This document shows positions 9,601-19,489 of a stretch of DNA of 53,863 nucleotides, one piece after another (positions within the stretch are counted from its first letter, which is position 1; every line of letters begins with the position of its first letter). This DNA comes from Asterionella formosa. Taxonomy: Eukaryota. The notes beneath the pieces are model-generated. The model saw only the letters and a list, made by a program, of their open reading frames with translations, had not been told where the DNA came from and made no database searches. The translations under genes were made by a program, and so were the position numbers. The DNA lies in contig NKIB01013667.1 in assembly GCA_002256025.1 (NCBI GenBank), positions 1-53,863 on the forward strand, in the 5' to 3' direction.

Positions 9601-12600
9601 TATCCCGGTTGATATTACAGCGCAATTCATTGCTGTCAAAGCTTTTGATGATCACTCATCACAAGGTGAACAAGTTGATGTCGACAGTCTCCCTTCCTCG
9701 GACTTAAGCTTTGAGAGAATCAGCATTGACGAGACTTTGCTGTGCGTCCCCATTGAGGGAGAAAGCACATGTACATCCTCACTGTCATCATTAGAAGAAA
9801 AAGACCCCAGAATATTCCACGCAACATGGGATGTAAATTCAAGTCAAGGAGTGCATTTCTCATGGCGGGAGCTAGCTTTTGCTGTTAACCATGTTGGGTC
9901 ATTTATGGGGTATTTTACACGCTTTACTGCTTACGGGGTCCTCATCATGACTGCAAAAATAATACCAGCTCTAAAACTGAGCCGAAGAAACTTTGAATTG
10001 CTTCATTCATGGTTCATAAAGTTTCCAATTGCTGTTTTGCTCAAAATTTGTGGTGCCGTGAATTGGGAGCCACGGTTTGTGCTAGACCTAAAAAAATTGC
10101 TATCGTTCCTTGACTTGCCGGTTTTATTTACCCCATTCACAAAACAAACGTTTTGCTTTCGGTCCGAGATTCCAGTACCAAAAAGCTTATCTGGCGATCG
10201 ATATCTGTTCACTTGTTTGGCTGCTGCTCATCGTTTCCTTTCTCGTCAACAGTCCGAGGTGCCAACAAAAGTCATTATGACGTCTGTGTCTATTGCCGGG
10301 CAAGATTGCCCACAAAGGACATGGGATTTGTGGTGGGCACTCACACAACCTAAGGGAAGCATAATCATTAGAATTGCTGGATTCATTCTCATCAAATTGC
10401 TCCGGGCTATATGTACCGATGTGACAATTGACGTTAGTTCATTCTCGCACTTTCAAAAACTACGATCAGGCAACAGTCATGCTCACCTCATTCTTGCGCC
10501 AACTCATCGGTCAGTATTTGACTTTCTCATTATCAGTTTCATTGCATTCGCTCTTCCGGAGCTGAACATTAAGGTGCCATTCATCGTTGCTGCTGCCGAA
10601 TTTTCGAAACTACCAATCATAGGATGGCTTGCAAGTCGAGCAAACGCCTTCTTCGTTACACGCGGTGGAGGCCATGACCCCTCACTATTAAAAATGGTGC
10701 AACAGTTAAAGCGTGACCATGAAGCCATCGAGGTGTTTATTGAAGGGACTAGGAGTAGAGACAGAAGATTCGCAAAGCCAAGGACAGGGTTCCTTAGGTG
10801 CCTTGTCAACACTGGCGGGGATCACTTGATTGTTCCCATATGTATAAACTATGAAAAGCTACCAGAACAAGCTGCTTTTGCTGCTGAGGAAAATGGGTTC
10901 ACTCCTTCAAAACTTAACACTGACGGATTACTCGCTTGGCTTTGCGACGCATTCTCAGGTCGAATTTGTATTGGACGGATCCATGTCTCTTCCTCAGATC
11001 CAATTATGCTTAGCGAAAGGACCAAAACACCAATCAACTTCCAGAATCTCGCAACGCAAATTCAAAGTGGCCAAAAACAAGCTATTGCGATTTCCAATTA
11101 TCACATTTCAGCAGCAGCAGAGGCTCTGAATCTTGATGAGTCAATTGTGAATAGAGCTGTCGCCGCTTTAGGGTGCAGATATTGGCCAGAAAAAATAATA
11201 ACGAAGTGCGTTGTCCTCTCCAAATCTGAGCGAGACTCCCCGAGTCAACTGTGGAGCATCCTGCTTCATTTCGGTCACCTGTTGGCGCCTTCAATCAACG
11301 TATCTCACCCAAAGTGGGGTACTTGGCTTGACCCTAGTGTTGCAAATGGGTCTCCTTGCTATCGCGAAAGTGATTGTGATGTTGGATTGTTGACGAATGC
11401 CATGCTCCGCATTTTTGACAGAGCTGACGAATTGGCTGCGTGTACAGTTGATAGACTTCAGGAGAAGGGTTTCAGCACTCCAAAGTTCAATCATGTTCTT
11501 CAAAGTGCCATACATTCCTCTCAAGACAATCATGGCATCCCTATTCTTGTGCTACGTCGTGCTGTCGAAACCAAGATCGACTCAGCGTTTGAACCACACA
11601 CTATTGTTCCAAAAGACATTGGTCGAACTACATCATCGAAACCTAGAGATAAGAGAATATTCGATGACAATCAGGCCCTTGGAATGTGGGGGTATATGGA
11701 TAGTAGATTTGTCCTCCAAATCGAAGGCTCAGATGTACCAAGCGTGGTTATGAAAGGATCGAGATACCACCTGTGCGGGAAGTCTCTCAAAAGGCTTATT
11801 CCATTCATAGAAAACGAAACGAAATGTCGCTTCAACCCATTCATCGAATTGAAAGAAAGCAACATGGATATGGCAAGCATGGTATGCCCCCCTCCAGATT
11901 TTAACAATCGCCAACTTGAGGAATTGAGAGCATCTGTTCCGAAATGCTCTATCGAACCTATTGATCGCCTTCGTCATGGGACAGGGCAGACACAAGAAGA
12001 TATTTACATGCTTCGAACAGGGGTTACTTCGGCTTTAAGACTACCCGACATTGTCGTTTGGCCCTCATCCGAAGAGCATGTTGAGGCCCTAGTGTCAATG
12101 TCGAAAGAACATGGGTGGTGCCTACTACCTTTTGGTGGAGGGACAAATGTTTCCCATGCCACTCGTTGCCCATCAAAAGAACAAGAGCCTCGTCCAATTA
12201 TTTCTGTGGACATGAAAATGATGAGTCGAATCAGGTGGATCAATGAAGAAGATGGCTTAGCGCATGTCGAAGCTGGGATCACCGGGAAAGCCCTTGGGAA
12301 CGAAATGAGAAAAAGGGGATATTGTTTTGGTCATGAGCCAGACAGCCTTGAGTTCAGCACTCTTGGAGGTTGGATCGCCACAAAAGCAAGTGGAATGAAG
12401 CGAGGAAAATACGGAAATATCGAAGATATTGTCAAGGACGTGCACATGGTTGGGGCTGAAGGCCTCCTTGCAACAGAAAGTAAAACCACCGGTCGATCTG
12501 CTTTGGGACTGGATCTAGTATCCCTTCTCCTTGGCTCCGAAGGCTGTCTTGGAATCATTACAAGCGCCACCATTAGGATCTGGCCGTTGCCAGAAAGCAC

Positions 12601-13420
12601 CGATTTTGAAAGTGTCATTCTTCCGGACTTTGGTCAAGGCATTTTATTTGCCCGCGACATGGCAAAGCTTGGCCCATTCACACCTGCAAGTGTGCGCCTA
12701 CTCGACAATGATCATTTTCGACTTGGACAAGCCCTTCACGCAGATGGGTCACTTCTGGAAAGGGCGACTGTTCATATAGCCAAGACGCTGTCGCCAAGGT
12801 TGCAAATGGCGTCAAAACCGTCTGCGGTTTGTGCAACAATCATGTTCGAAGGCAAGCGGGATGAAGTTTGCGAGCAAAAGAAATGCCTGAGAAGAATTGT
12901 CGTCAAGCATGGGGGTGTGCTGGTTGGACCCCGCATCGGCCTTGCTGCATACGAACTTACGTTTTCCATTGCATACTTACGAGACTTTGCTCTGACTTAT
13001 CACTTTCTTGGTGATTCATTTGAGACTTTCGCTCCTTGGTCGAAACTTGAAGTTATCATCTCGGCCACAAAGAGGCGAATCCGAAAGGAGCATCTAGAAC
13101 GAAGTTTGCCTGGCTTTCCTTTTATTGCATGCCGAATAACGCAATTGTACCATGAAGGTGTGTGTGTGTATTTTTACGTTTGTATGAACATTGAACAAGT
13201 CACAAACCCAAGTGATGTTTTCACTGAAATTGCACATGCTGCAAGAGAGGAGATTCTAATGCATGGAGGATCCTTGAGCCATCATCATGGTATTGGAAAG
13301 ATTCGGGCTCCCTTCCTGGATGTGCTTTATTGTGATAATTATCGGGCCACTCTCGCTTCAGTGAAGAAAAGCATCGATCCAGAGAATGTATTTGGTGCTC
13401 GGAATGGTATCTTCAGTTAG
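6632..13420 (+). CDS. Multidomain ether-lipid synthase: ACBP + DegT/DnrJ PLP aminotransferase + TM + fatty acyl-CoA reductase + DHAP acyltransferase (GNPAT-like) + alkyl-DHAP synthase (AGPS)
   Basis: Single uninterrupted 2262-aa ORF from ATG 6632 carrying the diagnostic motifs of each domain (see domain entries). Confidence 0.9.
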   Translation: MRTVFDNAAKLVREADLVLTTDIKLTLYGLYKHVTSGPCHGQAPPIFAAERMAKHKAWIACLHMTEEEAMRAYIDLAASVDNSPDQCLKQLLQESNTDNKCQREESGEDVMPLSQNKTLLEAEPFRSDPTCAPSQGLQQSILRPQKLAESLLACFGVKPIFPRGQLEISFSDLRFAAVQCLSLESCTTQYLANEAEITKRWTASRGDANVIVGLSVRTLFDLYLRCKAYPAKSEVIVVPPINIPGMMDILRYHDLKAVGVDIPKYEGNNPVICIDINGVKAAVTGNTVAIMVVHPFGIISASENEMEQLCELVEGQKIDVIEDCAECFTGLGPSSYLGSKYAVISFFSFGTIKTSTALGGGVGTVRDESTFQKMKRKHMHMYNQQKQSTYFRKIMLAMILKAIAGSPVMHGLLFKIINSLLGIDTDELVSSLTGSFQIKLDHQAKECENKPGSTLITKIRLRPCPALLALLKRRLDECKVSAPSWNAKKERCELLRSLWTNSSFQIGFPIPSASSLHTYWLYPVLVHDPVVVSRDLLLKGFDVPRGLSKLGLIDSEASCPLAKEMMASIVYLPVSHPQLSEASMRDLVAAMDESISKPEPTLRILSERTQSLHLKLIVTASMFFSILARCAFKPKVLGYSAICMVSDVAVFLLSSATVVGIIGACLRWVVADSYVNTSNCFAKHCSLLDECTAEESVTQPPPCAAKYPLSPKFGSLTNPTSVLITGATGFVGSSLLHNLLNRRKSQLFSGYIVILCRPKYGKSVSERIEKLLDQPMFSFISVEERIRFIKVVMGDVSKPNAGLNSSDMKCLSEEWNVGIVFHCAASVSFTQSLEEAALANITPALALQSFTKRLFHPEAKYIHISTAFVHGSKFGTPEEPLAERLFSLGQYNAVEVYRSMQGTQFYAESAMTDLGFPNTYTFSKCICEHLLLSNDEGESIIIRPSIVGPAFRNPYEGWAGERPSTIVAAVCLQMKSQWNIWDMGNADVPYIPVDITAQFIAVKAFDDHSSQGEQVDVDSLPSSDLSFERISIDETLLCVPIEGESTCTSSLSSLEEKDPRIFHATWDVNSSQGVHFSWRELAFAVNHVGSFMGYFTRFTAYGVLIMTAKIIPALKLSRRNFELLHSWFIKFPIAVLLKICGAVNWEPRFVLDLKKLLSFLDLPVLFTPFTKQTFCFRSEIPVPKSLSGDRYLFTCLAAAHRFLSRQQSEVPTKVIMTSVSIAGQDCPQRTWDLWWALTQPKGSIIIRIAGFILIKLLRAICTDVTIDVSSFSHFQKLRSGNSHAHLILAPTHRSVFDFLIISFIAFALPELNIKVPFIVAAAEFSKLPIIGWLASRANAFFVTRGGGHDPSLLKMVQQLKRDHEAIEVFIEGTRSRDRRFAKPRTGFLRCLVNTGGDHLIVPICINYEKLPEQAAFAAEENGFTPSKLNTDGLLAWLCDAFSGRICIGRIHVSSSDPIMLSERTKTPINFQNLATQIQSGQKQAIAISNYHISAAAEALNLDESIVNRAVAALGCRYWPEKIITKCVVLSKSERDSPSQLWSILLHFGHLLAPSINVSHPKWGTWLDPSVANGSPCYRESDCDVGLLTNAMLRIFDRADELAACTVDRLQEKGFSTPKFNHVLQSAIHSSQDNHGIPILVLRRAVETKIDSAFEPHTIVPKDIGRTTSSKPRDKRIFDDNQALGMWGYMDSRFVLQIEGSDVPSVVMKGSRYHLCGKSLKRLIPFIENETKCRFNPFIELKESNMDMASMVCPPPDFNNRQLEELRASVPKCSIEPIDRLRHGTGQTQEDIYMLRTGVTSALRLPDIVVWPSSEEHVEALVSMSKEHGWCLLPFGGGTNVSHATRCPSKEQEPRPIISVDMKMMSRIRWINEEDGLAHVEAGITGKALGNEMRKRGYCFGHEPDSLEFSTLGGWIATKASGMKRGKYGNIEDIVKDVHMVGAEGLLATESKTTGRSALGLDLVSLLLGSEGCLGIITSATIRIWPLPESTDFESVILPDFGQGILFARDMAKLGPFTPASVRLLDNDHFRLGQALHADGSLLERATVHIAKTLSPRLQMASKPSAVCATIMFEGKRDEVCEQKKCLRRIVVKHGGVLVGPRIGLAAYELTFSIAYLRDFALTYHFLGDSFETFAPWSKLEVIISATKRRIRKEHLERSLPGFPFIACRITQLYHEGVCVYFYVCMNIEQVTNPSDVFTEIAHAAREEILMHGGSLSHHHGIGKIRAPFLDVLYCDNYRATLASVKKSIDPENVFGARNGIFS
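6638..6880 (+). other. Acyl-CoA-binding (ACBP) domain
   Basis: F..AA..V......KL.LYGLYKH.T.GPC....P......AK..AW.....M..EEAM..YI. Confidence 0.85.
7100..8420 (+). other. DegT/DnrJ/EryC1/StrS-family PLP-dependent aminotransferase domain
   Basis: T.AIMVVHPFG, VIEDCAE (PLP-binding Asp), FSFGTIKTSTALGGG (Schiff-base Lys at 7688-7690), H.YWLYPV, C-terminal .YLPV. Confidence 0.85.
8790..10240 (+). other. Fatty acyl-CoA reductase (alcohol-forming, male-sterility/SDR) domain
   Basis: VLITGATGFVG, HCAASVSF, HISTAFV, NTYTFSK (YxxxK), IIRPSIV, PYEGW, IPVD. Confidence 0.9.
10330..11160 (+). other. Glycerolipid acyltransferase (GNPAT/PlsB-like) domain
   Basis: PTHRSVFDF (HxxxxD), AFFVTR, FIEGTRSR, IVPICINYE. 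Confidence 0.9.
11670..13417 (+). other. Alkyl-dihydroxyacetone-phosphate synthase (FAD-linked) domain
   Basis: WGY.D, PD.VVWP, PFGGGTNVS, GHEPDSLEFSTLGGW.AT.ASGMK..KYGNIED, GSEG.LG, PASVRL.DN, SFET..PW, CRITQLY..G.CVYFY, GGSLSHHHGIGKIR. Confidence 0.92.
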
Positions 13421-13709
13421 TTAAAATGCTACTTGCACCAGTGTGCAAACATATTCTACTGCTTCTATATTGATACTAAAGCTAGACTTCTCACTTAAGC
13501 TTCAGATCTTGAAATATATCTTTCATGTTAAATATTAACCAATAATACACAAAGGAGTGCAGCCATCAGTGGCAAGTGGTACCGGGTTGCATATTTTATT
13601 ATTAGTTTTTGATACTTGATACTAATGTCATAGTTTATGAACAAACCTGGTACCAGGTAGTATGAGCCAAAATGATTCATTTACCTGACAAGAGCAAAAC
13701 AAGAATTAC

Positions 13710-14500
13710 TCACCATAAAAGGGGAACACGGTCAAGAGATTGTTATCAACAAGGTCAATATTGTTGGGTTGGTTAGCATAGCATGGAAAAATCATTTGAA
13801 AATGTGATGACCATAATAATGAGGATGGGGTCCCTGTGAACTACAATGAAACCTGAAAGCCATCAGCGGCTGAAGTTCTCACAATAACAATCACACACAC
13901 ACACTCCCAGATGAATTGAATGTTCAAACTGGCTATACTGGAACTCTTGTTGAACAAATCAATGACTTCTGCAACTGTGATGAAGCCTGAAATGGAATTG
14001 ATCATGAGCAGTGCATACTTCAAGGGGCACAAGGCAAGGATTACTGCTGGTTTGCTAGTATCAGCTAAATATGTTGAACTTGGCCCAATATTCTAGCTGC
14101 CACTCAGGAATGGAAGGAGAGGCAAGATGATGTGATACATGCAAAGAAGTAAATAGTCACAAGAATTGCAACCCTTGAAACAAAAGTGCTGCCTCTAAAG
14201 GAATACAACAGTACAAATGAGCAAAATGTCAGTAGTAAATTTATGGTGCAATGCATGGTATAGATGATGCCAAGAAAACTTACCATCGCCACAAACAAGA
14301 TCAGGGCTACTTACCAGATTTATCAAAACCAATCATTGCAGTGAACAGCATCCATCATTCCTGCTTCTTGCGCCTCCCCTTGTCCCTGTTGCTACGATGG
14401 CTACCCTCGCTCTTTCAGAACCACCAGATGTTGTGTGAACATGGTGTGCAAATGAGAAATCTGTTGAGAGGGAGGAGAACCTGGCAGCAGATGCTAAGTT
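13710..14500 (+). mobile_element. Possible decayed pogo/DDE_1-like transposase C-terminal remnant
   Basis: Frameshifted pieces reading IVGLVSIAW, RGWGP.NYN, LNVQTGYTG, RITAGLL; no intact ORF. Confidence 0.3.
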
Positions 14501-16161
14501 GAAATGATCAATGTACAATGCATGTCAGGTAAATATATGGAAGAAGATACTTGTATTCAGATATGCACAATCCAGGCATAATGTAATAAAAAATAGTTTT
14601 CATAGTAGTAACATAAAAGGAAAAAGACCACAATTTGGAAAAACTTCATATATAGATTAAAAAATATGTAATGATAGGCAATCATGTTATGATTCAAAAT
14701 GGGTGACATAAAATGGTTTAGATCCCGTCCATAAATGTGCGCTCTACTTTGAAACTCATTACATTGATATCAATCCCCTTTCTATCATCTATAGAAATAT
14801 TCGTGCTTGCTTATAATTGGTACCAGGTACCTCGGTTGTAAGTGCATATGCATCATAAAACTATTTGTAGTATATTTCATTAAGAAATCATTCTGACCTT
14901 ACATATTTGCACATAGTTCGACCATGTTAATTCTGACACTTGTTCTTTGACCATGTTTATTTTTGTTTTGTTCACCCCATGTAATGCGCTTGTAGGGCAT
15001 GCTTCTTGCCCAAATAGTCAGGCTTCTGAAAAACTTGAAAGCCAAGAACATTCTTGCAGAAACAGCCATAGCTTTACATGTGATCTTTTCGAAAGGATAA
15101 GGAAAGTTTTAGAATCTATGAAGAATGAGCTGTTGATGCTGCCTGCACATACAAGCCGCATTTTGAAGAAAATGGATCAAATAGGAATTTTGCAAAAATG
15201 AGGTAGCCAGATGGGTGGTTACAGGGTAAGTCATTTCTATGTATACTGGTACATACATAGTTCATAATTAAGCATTTTTTATCAAATACATATACACCAC
15301 CATAGCACCATCTTCAATGTTCTATCACTAGTCATGAGGACTGTGGACTCCACAAAGTCCAATGAGACAAAATGTTGGGTTGAACCATCAAGAAGCGTGT
15401 TAATGATACTACTCGTGTTCCCAATGAATTGGAAGAGGAAGATTTACATCAAATAAAGGGAACAGCAGAGAATGGTTCCCAAAATGAAGAATTTGGTGGA
15501 AACTAGAGTTTAGTTCAATTTTATTTTGGTCAAGAAAAAGTAAGAAAGAGAGAGGAAAGGTCATTGGCGAATACTGGCGAAAAAGCTAGCAGTAGAATAT
15601 TTACCAGTTCTCTTTGTGGTACAATAGTTGATATTCATTTTACTTCCTGAGGATGAGATACTGCCCGGCGTGGGAAGCAGTACATACGGTATATTTTATG
15701 TGAGGATCTTTTCGCAGGAGAGGCTCCTCGAAATTCAACTGCACGTTTGAGTACCGGTATGGATTTTTGCTTAGCGCGTACAGCACAGCCAAACAGGAGT
15801 TTGAATCATGTGATTGCTTGGTGGTGACTGCGATTGGCTCGTCTTGCGAACTTCCAAGTCAAGCAGATCTTGTGGCTGAGATTCGAGAGAGTACCGGTAA
15901 TACCGGTATGTAGTATAGATCGTCATTTACGTAGGTACCAGGTACCACGATCCATTTTCATACGCTCATTTATCTGCCAATATTTTTATATATCCATCAT
16001 TACCAAGACAAAGTGTTGTCACACAAATTACCAGGCTACAGGTATAAATTCCCCACATTCCCAACAGGCCATTGTTTCTGTTAGCAATCTGCCGCCAACA
16101 CGAGCGAACCGACCCATCACCAAACGACGACTATCAGTTTAGCGACGCCACCGCCGATACC

Positions 16162-17559
16162 ATGAAGTATGCTGCTGTCTTGTTCGTGGCTTTCAGCGCC
16201 ACACTCGCCTCTGGCTTTGCCCCTAGAGCTGCATTTTCCCCGTCTGTCAAGTTGCAGACTGATGCTACTGCAACCTTGCGCATGGCGGCAGTCTTCGATC
16301 AAGAGCAATTCATTGCCGAGTCTAAAGACATGCGCTTGAAGCATTTGGAAGAACAAGCTATGTTCGCCCTCAAGATTGCCGTTGAGAACTACGGAAATGC
16401 CGTCTTCCCCAACGCTCTCATTGCTGGAGACTGCGTCATTACGCATTTGCTTCACCGCATGGATTACCTCAAGAACGGAAAGTGCAAGATTATGGCTGTT
16501 GACACTTTCCATCTCTTTCCAGAGACGATGGAATTCTTGAGCGAGGTCGAAGACTTCTACGGGTTCAAGGCAGAAGTCTTTTGCGCAGAAGGAATCCCTG
16601 TAGGTGACAAGGCTGCCTTCGATGTCAAATACGGTGCCGATCTGTGGAAGGAGAATATTGATGAGTATGACCGCGTCTGCAAGGTCGAGCCCTTCCAACG
16701 CGGTCTCAAGACGCTCAAAACGGACTGTATGATCAATGGACGTACTCGCTGGCAAGGAGCCGAACGTGCATGGATCGATTTGTTTGAGAACGCTCCAATT
16801 GGTGGAGGGCTGGCTAAATGCAACCCCCTTGCCTACTGGACCTTTGAGGATACATTCGACTACATTGCCAAATACAAGGTTCCTGCGCACCCTCTTCACG
16901 CTAAGGGTTACCCATCGATTGGTGACGCCAAGGATACTATTCCGATCCCTGAAGACGGATCTGTCAGATTCGTTGATTTCAAATTTGAGGGAGACTCGAC
17001 TGAATGGCTCAATTACGGTATGGAGCGCAAGGGGCGTTTCGTGGGTCTCGCCAACAAGGACGGGTCCACAAAGACCGAGTGCGGAATCCACGTCAGCGGC
17101 GCGGAGAAAACCTGGGATCGTGACCTCTGGGAGAATGGTTCGGTCAAGAAAGTGGAATCAACGGAATCTGCACTTGAGATCAAGGCATCTGGAAAGCCGT
17201 CGGTAATGGTTGTATATGCTCCTGTAAGTAGTTGTGTGTTTGTAACGATATTCAATAAATGTGGTTTTTCAGTTCGATCCTCTCACATTTTATTTTGGTT
17301 TACATATTTTCCAAATTCGCAGTGGTGCCAATACTCACAGGCAATGGAAGAGGAACTCGAGAAATTCGCTTCTGTATCTGATGTAGATGTGTATAGTTTC
17401 CGTGGTGACGATGTTCGCGACTTTGTTACCGCTGAACTAAACACAAACTCTTTCCCCACTGTCAATGTTATCAAGCCTGATGGAACCGCAGTCAAGTACC
17501 AATCGGAGGTCCGTACCGTTGACGCCTTCAAGGCGTTTGTCGAATCTACTCTGGCATAA
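16162..17559 (+). CDS. APR: Plastid-targeted APS reductase (PAPS-reductase fold, FeS-less APR-B-like) fused to a thioredoxin-like domain; exons 16162-17223 and 17323-17559
   Basis: Signal peptide + ASG-FAP motif; VDTFHLFPET, KVEPFQR, G.RRxQ-like GRTRWQ, K.NPLA.WT, GYPSIG, ECGIH; GTAAGT...CAG intron restores YAP|WCQYS. Confidence 0.88.
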   Translation: MKYAAVLFVAFSATLASGFAPRAAFSPSVKLQTDATATLRMAAVFDQEQFIAESKDMRLKHLEEQAMFALKIAVENYGNAVFPNALIAGDCVITHLLHRMDYLKNGKCKIMAVDTFHLFPETMEFLSEVEDFYGFKAEVFCAEGIPVGDKAAFDVKYGADLWKENIDEYDRVCKVEPFQRGLKTLKTDCMINGRTRWQGAERAWIDLFENAPIGGGLAKCNPLAYWTFEDTFDYIAKYKVPAHPLHAKGYPSIGDAKDTIPIPEDGSVRFVDFKFEGDSTEWLNYGMERKGRFVGLANKDGSTKTECGIHVSGAEKTWDRDLWENGSVKKVESTESALEIKASGKPSVMVVYAPVSSCVFVTIFNKCGFSVRSSHILFWFTYFPNSQWCQYSQAMEEELEKFASVSDVDVYSFRGDDVRDFVTAELNTNSFPTVNVIKPDGTAVKYQSEVRTVDAFKAFVESTLA

Positions 17560-17670
17560 CTGAACGGCTGTAAAGGATGATGTAGCAGGGACAAGCAGTT
17601 ACACTGGCTAATGCAATGTCCAATGCTTGAATTTAGGGAATGCATTTAAACCTTTATAGATCAATGTTAA

Positions 17671-19326
17671 TCATGACGACCTTTTGCAATACATGTATGT
17701 ATTTAGTATCAAACAGCCTATTTTCGCTTCATTTTGTAGGCAATAGCCGGACGATGGATAGAGTCGATTTGCTGCAGTGAGGATCTGCGGAGTGGTCGCA
17801 ACAACCGCATACGGGGTTTCCGAGCCAATCTGCAACTCTATAGATTCGTGGCATGCCTGAAGCAGAGCCTTACCGATGCCTTTGCCCCGACTTGATGAGT
17901 CCACCAATAGCCGATTGACTTCAAAGCAAATCAAACCAACAGGATGGCTTGGTTGAGGAGAATGACAGGAAGTGTACCCAATACAACCAATCACCGTTCG
18001 GTCGATGGCATTAAGTGCCACAAGAAACGCGCCTCCCCTCATGGCATATCTTCTTGCAATGCATGGGTCTGTATCTGATGCCTGCATATCAGTCTTCAGT
18101 GCGGTCTTGACCATTTTCCGCACGGCTTTCCAGTCGGTGGCAAGGTCTTGGTAGGTACGAACAAAAAGGTCCTGAACTACCTGCTGATGACTTGTTTCAA
18201 TGCAGTTGACGATGATAGAGACACCGTCTTTGACTTGCATTGACTTCAAAGCCACATCTTGTTTCGGTACATTAGACCATGGGCACATGGCCCGTACAAA
18301 CTTCAATGGGACATTTTGAGAGAACGATATAGCTAGTACATATGCATGGAGGTGCAAGGCCAACGCAGCGTGTTCATCAAAGGGTTCTGGGGCTACCAGT
18401 GTCGTCAAACATGCAGCAGCATGACCTGCGAGACAAGCTTTTGCAAACGCAAACCCAATTCTTTCGAATCGCATTTCCACAGCCAAAGCGTTGCTTCCCA
18501 GAGGATGAAAAACGTCATCTGGATTCGATTTAGCAAGTCCACGTTCTAGCTTGTCAACAAACTTCTGATAGTATCGCGCTTTGTAGCCTTCTATGACCGA
18601 GTTTTGGGAGCTGCTTGCAGCAGGTCCAAGCGCCTCGAATGCGACAAACGCACTTGTCGGATTCGCGCACAGGTGTTCCGCAATGAATCTAGAGATTTCA
18701 TCAACGCCAACACGTCCCAGATAGGCCAACACTAGCTCAGATAAGACAAGAGTGGGAAGGCTGCAGTCCACTTGTGACAAGGCTTGTTGGAGCTGCCTCA
18801 TATCTCGAAGATCGCACGACCGCAGGTTGTAATTTTTGGATGTTGCGTTGCCTTTGTGAATTATGGAAGCGCTATACGCACCAGAATTGGTCATTGAGGA
18901 GTGCTCATTTCCAGTTAAGGGTTGAACCAAGCCTGCTGAAGTTAAGATCCTTCGCTTCTCCCGAAAAATGTCGTCAGTATCAATCTCGAACACTTCGATT
19001 TTATTCGGACAGAGAGAACTTGCCCATAAGCCCAAAATATCCAATCCACCCCCGATAATAACCAGCTGCAGATTTCTTGCGTTGTCTTGGTTAAACTTGA
19101 TGAAGGCATCAATCGTCGAAGTCACAACTGCTATCCTCGCCGCGTATCCAGCATTCACAAGCGGTGATTGTCGCTTGTGACTGGGAGTGTACGAAGCAAT
19201 GGCTTCCACCAAGTCGGCGTAGATGTTTGGATTTTCCTTGACAGGCTGGTATCCCACTTTGAGGGCAGATTGCTTCGCTAGAAGCGCATCATACGCGGTG
19301 CGAACAACGCTGCTGGATGCTGACAT
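17671..19326 (-). CDS. Leucine carboxyl methyltransferase (LCMT/PPM1-like) fused to a C-terminal GNAT acetyltransferase
   Basis: RQSPLVNAGYAAR, QLVIIGGGLD, FEID, DLRD, PTLVLSELVLAYL, EPFDE..A...H; GNAT motif A RLLVDSSSRGKGIGKALL and AANRLY...GY. Confidence 0.8.
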   Translation of the reverse strand: MSASSSVVRTAYDALLAKQSALKVGYQPVKENPNIYADLVEAIASYTPSHKRQSPLVNAGYAARIAVVTSTIDAFIKFNQDNARNLQLVIIGGGLDILGLWASSLCPNKIEVFEIDTDDIFREKRRILTSAGLVQPLTGNEHSSMTNSGAYSASIIHKGNATSKNYNLRSCDLRDMRQLQQALSQVDCSLPTLVLSELVLAYLGRVGVDEISRFIAEHLCANPTSAFVAFEALGPAASSSQNSVIEGYKARYYQKFVDKLERGLAKSNPDDVFHPLGSNALAVEMRFERIGFAFAKACLAGHAAACLTTLVAPEPFDEHAALALHLHAYVLAISFSQNVPLKFVRAMCPWSNVPKQDVALKSMQVKDGVSIIVNCIETSHQQVVQDLFVRTYQDLATDWKAVRKMVKTALKTDMQASDTDPCIARRYAMRGGAFLVALNAIDRTVIGCIGYTSCHSPQPSHPVGLICFEVNRLLVDSSSRGKGIGKALLQACHESIELQIGSETPYAVVATTPQILTAANRLYPSSGYCLQNEAKIGCLILNTYMYCKRSS

Positions 19327-19489
19327 GAGAGTGCGGATATGACGCTATTCTTGAGGCTCCTGTCATTCCTGCCGCAGTCAAGGATTGGTAATTGGAAAAC
19401 ACAATCACATAGGCTTCTTTCGATTGATGCTACATGCATATGACGACATGCCCTGACCATGACAAGAATACCATCATTATGGTTTTTGC

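Noticed and set aside
16117..17091. 324-aa antisense ORF over the APS reductase
   Set aside because: Shadow of strong codon bias in the sense gene; no recognisable motifs
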